From Eledone cirrhosa (Eukaryota), in contig OZ024756.1 of NCBI GenBank assembly GCA_964016885.1, positions 40,114,001 through 40,178,000 on the forward strand: 64,000 bases of DNA, in the 5' to 3' direction. A model generated the notes under the pieces. It saw only the letters and a list, made by a program, of their open reading frames with translations, had not been told where the DNA came from and searched no databases. Positions 53,507-64,000 of the stretch are shown here, one piece after another. The translations under genes and the position numbers were made by a program. How positions within the stretch are numbered: position 1 is the stretch's first letter; each line of letters starts with the position of its first letter.

Positions 53507-55105
53507 ATGCCTCATAGCTGTAGCCATTGTAACAAAACATTCAAGAGTAGAAATCGTTTAGAACAACACATCTTGAAACACAATAAAACCTTCATTTGCC
53601 AGGTGTGTGACAAATCTTTTCACATAAAGTCCCATTTACTAATTCACTTGCGCTACCATACAGGTGAGAAACCTTATCAATGCGAACAATGTGACAAAAA
53701 ATTTCCCATATTGGCAACATTAGCCGCACATCGCCGCAGTCATACTGGGGAACGGCCTCATCAGTGCGATCTCTGTCCAAAAGCATTTGGTACCAGACAT
53801 TACCTGCAGGCACACCGACGATTCCATACAGGTGAGTTATAGTTTGTTTGTTTTTTTATTAACCACACCTGGGGTAGTTGGTTGACAGAGTGATTAGTGT
53901 GGTTTATTAGAAGGCTTCGACAATACAAATGGGACATTATATGTTAAAAATAATAACAAAGATGTTGGGATGTTACTGATTTGTTGTTTAACAATTCATT
54001 TATTATGGGATAAAATCCTTTCATCAAAACAAGAACTGAAGAAACAGAATGTGTCGAAGATATCCTTCTTGTAATGAAAAGATGTTACCCCGAAATATAA
54101 GGACTATCAAACTCTAAGGTAACATACCAACATCTTTGTTATCATTCTTCTTCCTTCTCCTGCTGAGGGGTCGTGGGAGGTAGAGTCCTGTCAGGAGCAA
54201 TCATCTCCAGCTGGATCCCCAAGTGAAACCAATTCATGAATGTTATCCAATCATCTTGTTCGGGGTTTACCCCTGGGTCTACCACCTTAAAATCTGTCTA
54301 GCAATTCTTTCATGAGATATTCTAACACATGCCCATAATATCGGGACTAGCTTTCTAATAAAACCTACTATTTTCTGCACTTTACACAGAAATTGAAGCA
54401 AACTACAACAGCCTCTTATTTTTTTTTTTTTGTTTAGGTGAGAAGCCATATCAATGTGACCAGTGTGAGAAGGCATTTTGTATTCGTAGTAACTTACTAG
54501 AACATCAACGCACACACACAGGTGAAAAACCTTTCAAATGTGATTACTGCGACAAGTCATTCAGCACTCGTAGCAACCAAGCAAAACACCACCGAATCCA
54601 CACTGGAGAAAAGAAGTTTATATGTCAATATTGTGACAAAGCTTTCATAGACAATTCCAGACTGCAGAAACATGTCATTGCACACCTGAAGAAGTTGGTT
54701 CATAAATGTAAATACTGCAAGGAAACATTTGATAGTATAGATAACTGGAGCTTGCATTTGAAAGCTCATCGTGCTGACAAACCTTTCAAATGTTTGAACT
54801 GTGAAGAGGCATTTAACAGCAAGCCTGAGTTGACAGCACATCGGAAGATACACATTTCCAAGAAACCTTTTGCTTGTGACATGTGCACCGATGCATTTTC
54901 CAGTCGTTATGCACTGACAATGCACCGGCGACAACATAGTGCACTCTATTCTTGTAAATACTGTGAGAACACTTTCACGTCCACTATAGAATGGAGTACA
55001 CACATTCAACAGCATCTTGCTGAAAAGCCGTTCAAATGTAATTTCTGCACAGAAGCGTTCTCTAGTAGCTATGATCTTCTGAAGCATAAGCGAATACCAC
55101 ACTGA
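53507..55105 (+). CDS. C2H2 zinc-finger protein, about 330 aa, 12 tandem fingers
   Basis: Exons 53507-53831 and 54438-55105, phase-1 GT-AG intron in the HT G|EKP linker. Fingers with TGEKP/TGERP linkers fill almost the entire protein. Confidence 0.9.
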
Positions 55106-58100
55106 TTTGAAGCTATGTGGCCGAATGGTCAGGGTGTTGAGCTCATGATCAATTAGGTTAGCATAGGTTCAATTCCCAGACTGGACAGTGTATTGAATCC
55201 TTGAACAAGACTCTTCATGCATGTCATATTGCTGTTGTCGACTCGGATGAGGACCTGCAGCAGCTGTACTTTAACCCTGTGAAGGACTGGCATCCTATCC
55301 AGGTTGGAGAGGTCTTGTACTCTCAGTTGCTTCAATGAAACTGGGATGGATAAGCTCTGTTCTGATGAGCTCCTAGGGTTGGGACAATAAAAGACACAGA
55401 CTTGAGGTTTGTTCCTGTGATATGTTGACTGACACAACTTAATGAATTTACCAGTTATGTGTAATTGGATGTAAATAATTTAGGAGGGCAGGGCTTCACT
55501 CCCAGAACAGGTTTACTGGGTTTGGTTCTACCAGTGAGTTATACCAGTTGAACATGAATGATAAACATGCATGGGTTAACTAATGTAAATATTTCTGAGT
55601 GTGTGTAAAGAAAGAGAGAATAACATGCTCACTGATGGTATTTTCAGTGGGTGTCTGTGTAGGGAATAGTGTGGTAACCACCAGTACTTTGAGTGGGTGT
55701 CTGTGTAGGGAATAGTGTGGTAACCACTAGTATTTTGAGTGGGTGTCTGTAGGGAATAATGTACTGTACTAACCACTGGTACTTTCATCGGTATAATCTG
55801 CTAGTTATACCAGTGGTGTTTTATGTGTCCATTTAGTAAGCAGATATGTAAAATTGATCTGGATTGGATATAATTGAAGGAATTTTATGCACGAGATTTG
55901 AACAAACAATTGTTGCAGTGAATTAACAGGAAGGGAGCAACTAAAATAATGGACTTGGTCCTTCTGCCCTTATATCTCCTTTTCAGTTGGTGAGCTCTAT
56001 ATCAAGGGTAACTATCCTTATGGAGTTACTTTCCTTACCTCTACGTAACAGTAAGATATATGGCTGGAATTTTAACACTCATTACTTGGTTATAATACCA
56101 GTTGTGATAAATATTGGAGGGTTGAGGAAATGGAGGGACTTTGAGTAATTCAGTTGAGGGGTTAGGCAGGGGTGACCTTCTACTCAACACGATACAACAT
56201 TGCAAACAGAAGCCAACCATGCTTAGCAATTACAGACATCTATCAGAGATTGTCAAACCAGTTGTAATTTCCAAAAGTGAACACAGTGAGCAGCACTATA
56301 GATACCGCAGACTTGATGTTGTTTCAAGACCTAACTTGGGTTTCATCATCCGTCATTTCAGCTGCATACTTTTTTTTTAATTGTACAAATGGTTTTTACT
56401 ATTTTTTTTGTTTGTTTGTGTGTGAGTGTAAAGGTGAAGTAGACTCCACAATCTGTAGCACAGGTAACTTGTCTAGGGGAGCAGCAGTTACTCCAAATAA
56501 ACTACTTAGGGAAGAAAGACATTTGGATACACTTTGGTTGTGATTAGGGAACAGATGGGTCATAGGGGGGAGGGGTGAAGATCGGGAGTGGGGGTAGTCT
56601 AGCATGAGGTATTTAAAAAGGATATTTTCTGTATAAATTGACATCTACGTCTAAATTACAATTGAATTTGTTTGGATTAAATTTTTTGTATTTCAATTGT
56701 CAAGTAAATTTTAAAATGATTTCTTGTACATGCTGTTCTTGTTGTTTAGTTCTGAGTCAGTCATGATCAAAGATGTTCCAGCCATGCCCTCACGTCTATT
56801 TTTTATATATTTATCAGTGTATGTATGATTATATTCCCCATATATGTAGGATTATATTTTCCTATATATGTGTTGTTTACAACATTGTCACTTTGTATCC
56901 ACTCATGGGTTTTCTATTGTCTGAGGGACTATAAAACTGCTACCTTCCACTTACCCACCCTCAATGAAAAACAGAAGAAGGATTAGTTCCAATTGAGGGC
57001 AGTGCCAAGAGTCAAAGCAGCATTAATTAAACAAATATCTCTGACAAATATGTTGTTAATGTTTAGTCCCACGTCAACCTTGGTTAAGCAGACCTTTGAT
57101 CAACGCTGATGGAAACATGGAAAATATGTGAACATCTGTAAGTACTAAAAGGGTGCATAAATATGCAAATGTATGATTGTTAGTGTTAAACTCCAGGCCA
57201 GCAATGACTGATCAAACCTATGATCATAGGTATTCTAACCAGGACCATCCTGTTATTTTTCTATGTGCAGAGAACCTAGAATCACATCCAATGTGTCCTT
57301 TTTTTAGGATTGTAGGGTGTCATATAATGGAGTTTTGGCTGTTATTTCTAGCATGTTAAACCACATAAACTTCCTTGGTGGCATAAGTGAACTCTAAAGA
57401 TGTCAAAAGAGGTTAAGATTGAATTCCAGAAGTTTCTTCATTAAAAAATATAATTTTATTTCATTTCCTAATATTTATAATATATTAATACATATATGTA
57501 TGAAAATATATTTTGCTTGAAATATTTAAAAAAATTGAATTTAAATGAAACAAAAATTATTCAAAATTATTTTTCCTGTTTCCTATTTTCTTAATTCATT
57601 TTAATTTATTCACTCAATAAATAAATTACAGTGATATTTTGGTAGCTAGATAGCAGAGAATATCAGATTTGGTAGCATACCAGATAGAACTGTATTAAGG
57701 AGGTATTTTACTACAACCATATATATTCTCAGTTCAAATACCACCAGGGATGATTGTGCTGGTCTAAGGTTTTACCATTTACATTACTCTATATTTACTA
57801 TTGTATTTGTGTCTTTAACCCTTTAGCATTTACATTACTCTATATTTACTATTCATTTTCACAGTAAAGACATTATCTTACATAATATCGAATCTATGAA
57901 ATTTTGATGATGATGATATTTATTTTGAGGAAAATACTTTAACATCAGTATGAGCAGCTGGTTTGAATAGAAAGAGGTGAGAGAATTCTGGCCAGATATG
58001 GCTAAAGGGTAAAAAAAAAAAATTCAGACAAATACTTGGGTCGATTACATGAACTGTGTGATCCCTTTCCAAAATTTGTGACCTTTTTACCAATGGAAGA

Positions 58101-58156
58101 AATGAATAAATTAAGTAAATATTTTCCCTGTAAAAGTAAGAGTTTCCAGTGATATC

Positions 58157-61100
58157 TCACTCAGATGAATATATTCTGACAAGATGTTGTATATTTGTAG
58201 GGTAGTTAGTTACAGGACATTGCTTGTGTTCCTTCACATAGTCATAGATACAGGGATAACAGAAGACGAATCTACAAAATAGAAAAATATATAGTTGAGA
58301 GAGAAACTGTGTATAAGAGGGATAGTGTGCAGGAGAGAAGACTGAGATGGTTTGGACATGTGATGCGCATGGAGGATGACCGCTGGGTAAAGAAGTGCCA
58401 AGAAATCCCAGTGGAAGGAAGACCACGAAAAACATGGGTGGAGGTGGTGAGAGCAGACCTCAAATCGCTGAAGCTCATGGAGGAGATGACGAAGGACCGA
58501 AGTGGAGAGATGCTGTGCTGAATAGGACCCGTTCCACCCTTGCAAGCAGGAAAAAACGGACGTAAAATGAAGATGATACATATTTGTTGTCAACAAGAGA
58601 AAAGAAAAATATAAATTAAGTTATATAATCAATCAATTTTCACTGAAGGAATAATTGCATGGTCTCACAATCTACTAGAAATAACAGCCAAATTTTCCTC
58701 AAATCACACCCTACCATCCTAAAATAAGCAGGATATATTAGACAATGTAGATCTAGAAATAACACCCAAATCTTCCTCAAACCAGACCCTAAAAATCAAG
58801 AAAGTTGTGGCTTGAATATCTTGAATCAAGGCTGACCTGAAGCTAGACAACAATGTATGGCAATATTTTTCAAAGGTTTATTGACAGGAGGGAGAGCAAT
58901 GCCCCTGACTTTCTATAGGACCTATAACATGGTAGGGATGATGGAAGTTGAAAGTTATCTCTAGACAAGAGATTTGGTCCAAATTCTTACAACAGAGTTG
59001 ACTCTGTTAATGACAGCCAAAGACCAGGTGGTGGTGTTAAACTAAGTACCAGAGTCTATCTACTAACCGAGAATAGGTTCAGCCCTTCCAACAGGCATCC
59101 ACACAGTCTTCATCTACTCAATATCATTCACAAAACTTGTCTCGACAAAGAGGTGATATTTACCTCAAACAGTGATAGAGTGAGATCAAGTCCAGAACCA
59201 CACAATTACAAAGTAAACTTCTTAACTATATAGTTACATCTGCCATCATGGAGATGACAATATCTTTGTAATAAGGCTAGGGTTGGTTTTCATCTAATAT
59301 ACAGCCCACACTGTAAATGTGGTTGGTGTTAGGAAGGGCATCCAGCTGTAGAAAACCCGCCAGACAGTCCTATGCGAGCAAGACAATCACTCTTGCCTCA
59401 AGTGGGAAAACCCCCGTCCAAACCCATGCAAGCATGGAACACGGACGTTAGATGATGATGATGATGATACAGTATGTTTATTTAATTAAAAGATATCAAC
59501 TTACCCAGTTACACTTAATACAGTGTCATTTGTTCTTGTCTTTTTACAAAGTGGACATGTTGAATATGAACAGCCAGCAGGTAATGTCCACTGAAATAAG
59601 AAGGTACAGGAGAGTTTACTATCTAAACAGTAACCATGTAAGATACTTCTAAGGACTTCAACTAAAAACTGAAAGTAATTTTATCCTATGCTCTAATAAT
59701 TTTGCAAATCCACTTCCTTTTTTAGTATGAATAAATAAATAAAGTGTCTTACTTTTACTGGTTTTGGGGGTATCGGGAGAGCAGTTAAAGCAACAGGTGA
59801 ATTGAGTTTATTTTGTGTATTATACCAGTAGTCGAGGAATTGAAGGAAGAATACACCGACAGATAAGCCCGTAGATAAACCAAAAGATGTTATCTTCAAC
59901 AGGTATATAAATACATTCCGGAAACTTGTGAAAAAATTACTGAAAATAGAACAGAAATAAAAAAGAATAAAACAACTTTACAAAATATTTACAAAACAAG
60001 TATTGAACTGATGAAGTGTTTAGTTTGAAATAACATTTTTATCTATTACATGTTGCTTGCTCTCACATAGGGTTGGTGCTATGACAAACAGCACCCAGTC
60101 CACTCAGTAAGGTGGTAGTGCTGGTACCACAACAAAATGCACCCAGTCCAGCCTGTAAGGTGGTAGTGCTGGTTCCACAACAAAATGCACCCAGTCCAGC
60201 CTGTAAGGTGATAGTGCTGGAGACATGATAAAATGCTACTATGACTCACTGTAATGTGGTTGGCATTAGGAAGGGCATCCAACTGTAGAAATCAAGCCAA
60301 AAACTGACCAGTCTAGCTTCTGTACTGGGAAATAGATGGTAACTGGTGGCGGTGAATCTCATCCTCTCTACCATGTATTCATATTTTTAAGCATTCACAC
60401 TCTCACTCACACACACTCCTACATACTCACATACACTCACTCACACACACTCCTACATACACACTTTCACACATACACAGTGCACCTCATATAAATATTT
60501 AACATTGCAAAAGACCTGTAATTTCTTACCTACAAACCAATAACTGGGAATCTGTCTTATTATTATTATCATTATTATTAGAATCAGCTTTTGGGAAGAC
60601 TTTGTTACCATCGGAGTTTGCTACGAGTTGTACCCCAGCAAAATACAGGTCTGGGGAGGAAGAGCTGGTGTGTTGGAATATATAGCCTAGTTGAAACAAC
60701 AATACAAGAAATTCGGAGAGTCCATTGAGATGAGGGAAGACTCTTAGAAGAGAACTCTTCACTGGATTAACTCTTTGCTGAAACAAACAATGAAAGAGTT
60801 GAACAAATATAGTAGTAGTAGTAGTGGCGGTAGTAGTAGTAGAGATTTCACATATTCTGAAGGACATACATGTAAGTCATACACACGTACATGTTGGATT
60901 TACATCACATCCACATGTTGGTTGGTGTACATCATACACACATGTTGGATATACATCACACACACACACACATGTTGGATGTACATCACACACATCCACA
61001 TGTTGGATGTACATCACACACATACACACATGTTGGATGTACATCACACACATCCACATGTTGGTTGTACATCACACACATCCACATGTTGGATGTACAT

Positions 61101-63676
61101 CACACATACACACATGTTGGATGTAAATCATACATGCATACACACTAAGAGAGAACACACTACAGACATTAGGAAAGTATGTTGATGATGATGATGATGA
61201 TGATAAAAAGAAAAAAATCAGAAGAAAAACTCACTTTTCTATGTACGCTAGATGTATGTTGACTTTCTTTGAAATTTTCATAATGGGTTTTCCATTTTTC
61301 TCTGATGTATGGAATAATTACCTGAAAGAAATTAAAACCTAATGGAATTAATTTTGTACTTAATTAGGACTGACATGTGACTACATAACCAAGCGACCAC
61401 ATGTCAGTCAGATCAGGACTGACATGTAGCTACATAACCAACTGACCACAGGTCTGTTAGATCAGCACTAAAATCTAGGTAGACACTCTTTCACAAGGAA
61501 TGTATTTGAGGCTGCTTCATCTTTATGAATTCTATATATTGAAAAGTAGGCATGTGTGTGTGAGGTGTGGGAACAGTGCCAACTAGAAACCCCCATACCC
61601 ATCCCGAATATGCCAGCATGGGCCTGTTGCAACCACACAGAAAAATAACAAAGAAAGCTACAAGACAGATAAAATGAAGATGCTTACTAAAAATAGAATA
61701 GATTTCAAATGAACATTCTTTGGGAGATGTCTGAGAATATTCTCATTGTTTGTAACACGTTTCATTCCATAAAACTGTTCTGTAAATGATCCACCTGGAA
61801 AACAGAATCATTATAATAATAATAATGAAATTATTGTGTACAGTGCTCAGGTGCACTACAACTCATCAAAGGTGCATGTATAGTACATAGAATAATATAT
61901 CATTTAGAAATATAGATAGAAAATATACAATGCTGATGCTATGATAAAAAGCACCCTGTCCACCTTGTCAGGTGGTAGAGGCAGGGCTTCAATAAAATGC
62001 ACCCAGAGGACAGTCCTTTGAGACTGCTCTGAAAACAGCAGGGGATATGGTTAGCTGAAGATCTCTTAAAATAATCCCATGTGTTGATAGGCATGAAATA
62101 GGCAAAATAAAATACTGAACGTGAACATACCATATTTGTACAGATGGTAATTCTGAATGAAAAAATCCAGGCATGCGTATATCTCATTGAAATAGGATAT
62201 AAGCCAGCCGTACTTGTCTGGGGATTGCTCTGCAAGAACCTGCAAGATAAAAAAAATAATGGTAAAAAACAATCATTAAAATAGTCTAAAATTGAAGATT
62301 TCTTTTTTTCAGATTACACTAAAAAGCATTTACAAAATTAGCTTTGTATGAGCAAGACACAATCACCTGACCTGGCATTGCTCACAACAGGACAACTCAT
62401 CTAACCCATGCTAGCGTGGAACATTAATGGACATTAAACAGTGATGATGATGATTAATTTGTAATTAAGGTACAAGGCTAGCAATCAGGGAGTTGGGGGA
62501 AATTAGATTATATAAATCCCATTATTTCACTGATACTATACTTTATCGACTTCGAAGGATGAAAAGCAAAGTTGACCTTGGTGAGATTTGAACTCAGAAT
62601 GTAAAGGGTTGTAATTAGATGCCCCAAAGCACTTGATTGCTTATACATGTAATCGTGTATGTCATTTGAACATATATCCTGAACATCTATATAAGAAACT
62701 CTGTAGTTTGTGTTGATTTCTGACAAGTTAAGTGATTAAAAATTAGATTTTTTTAAATAATTTATTTCTAGGATATAATTACATATATATATACACACTC
62801 CTGTTTGTGAACGTATGATCACATTACATAAATGACATAGGGAATTAAATGTATGAGTAACTTTGGTAGAAATAACTATTTACAGGGACAAATGTAGGGT
62901 TAGAACCCAGGACCTTGTGAGTGGAAACTTCTTATTGTAACAATTTGACTGAAATAGCAAATGCATGTATGTGTATATGGTTGTATGTAAATTTTAAAAA
63001 AAATTACAGACGGAGATATAAATATACAAATATATACGGATATAACTTTCATTAAATAGTAATAGTGTGCAGAACCAACCGTAATAATACACCATTACAC
63101 ATTTTTAGTATATAGATATGTAAACATACTAAATATACGTATTTCTCTCTAAATTGAAATACTTATAAACATCTTTAATCGATTTTCAAACCTAGGTGCT
63201 CACTCGTGTGAGAGAGAGGGGGGGTTATAGTGTGTATGTGGAGGAAGGGGTGAATTCGTGCTGTCATTGTTTATCATTTATCTTAATTTGAATAAAGGTC
63301 AGCTGGGGGTAAACTTCTGTTGCTGGATTTTTAAATTTAGAAATAGAACTTCCTGTCCTAAGACTTGTATTCAAGCCCAGACAATGTGGGAGAATGCTCT
63401 CCGACGTGTAGAATTCCAGGGTAAATCCACTTCATGGTACCAAAGGATAGGATAGAGAAAGCTTTACTCTGGAGGATAGCGAGGAAGACGTTTTGAAATA
63501 TTCAATAAATAATCTAAAAAGATACAGATTATTTCATTGATAATGCTTACCCGCACGGTACGTTTCACGGCTGGTTGTATAACTCTATTGAGACTGTCCT
63601 GTGCCAGGATTTCGAATATTGACGGTCTGTTGTTGTTTGAGGTTGTGTTAGTCAGGTACGCGGCGTGTTCTGCCAT
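58157..63676 (-). CDS. PEX12: Peroxisome assembly protein 12 (peroxin-12), about 354 aa, 8 exons
   Basis: Exons (minus): 63551-63676, 62131-62239, 61688-61794, 61235-61321, 60530-60777, 59753-59939, 59505-59590, 58157-58271; phases agree. Motifs [56 protein letters not shown] and the degenerate [30 protein letters not shown]. Confidence 0.95.
58305..58578 (+). mobile_element. RTE-clade LINE 3' fragment in the last PEX12 intron
   Basis: Encodes [39 protein letters not shown] (RTE ORF C-terminus) and ends GCAAGCAGGAAAAAACGGACGTAAAATGAAGATGAT. Confidence 0.85.
59320..59468 (+). mobile_element. RTE-related short retroelement with (GAT)n tail
   Basis: GGTTGGTGTTAGGAAGGGCATCCAGCTGTA...AACCCATGCAAGCATGGAACACGGACGTTAGATGATGATG; the 3' end matches the RTE fragment at 58540-58578. 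Copies at 2528-2693, 11757-11930, 39228-39300, 41587-41710, 60257-60300 and 63975-64000. Confidence 0.7.
60880..61125. repeat. About 29-bp minisatellite in a PEX12 intron
   Basis: Unit ACATGTTGGATGTACATCACACACATCC. Confidence 0.9.
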
Positions 63677-64000
63677 TGTGAGTTTCACTTAAAATCCAGA
63701 GTTACTTCCCTTGACCTCCCCCCCTACATACACACCTTCACCCCTACAAACCTTAGCCAATGTTTACACTTATCTGTAAACAGTATTTCTTTCATTGGTT
63801 CCAGACATTAGACTGCCGTCATGCTGTGGAACCCCCTTGAAAAGATTTCAGTCGGTTATATCGACTTTCAGTATTTATTTTTCAGGGATAAAGAAAACTC
63901 TCCAATTGCACCAAGGACACGACCTCTCTAATGCAGATGCCACAATAAAATGTACCCAGTACATTCTGTAAAGTGGTTGGTATTAGGAAGAGCATCCAGT

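Overview
AT-rich, intron-rich animal genomic DNA, most likely octopus/coleoid cephalopod (inferred from the SINE/microsatellite landscape and polyQ C2H2 genes, not proven). Five spliced protein-coding genes can be rebuilt by hand with consistent exon phases: the 5' half of HYOU1/GRP170 (minus, runs off the left edge, with a CCAAT-N9-CCACA ERSE in its promoter), a 594-aa polyQ/polyA C2H2 zinc-finger gene (minus), a complete 29-exon URB2 (minus, about 1535 aa, with one U12-type AT-AC intron), a 12-finger C2H2 gene (plus, head-to-head with URB2) and a complete 8-exon PEX12 (minus). Introns and intergenic DNA carry tRNA-derived and RTE-tailed SINEs, RTE LINE 3' fragments, piggyBac-like, Tc1/mariner and pogo-like MITEs, and minisatellites. 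The most interesting non-genic signal is a set of type I hammerhead-ribozyme-like motifs in several sequence families. Most sit in or next to (TA)n tracts, some inside long inverted arms, which suggests Penelope-like/retrozyme-type elements. One group has an unusual U.U at the base of helix II. Most ORFs in the supplied track are microsatellite or antisense artefacts.
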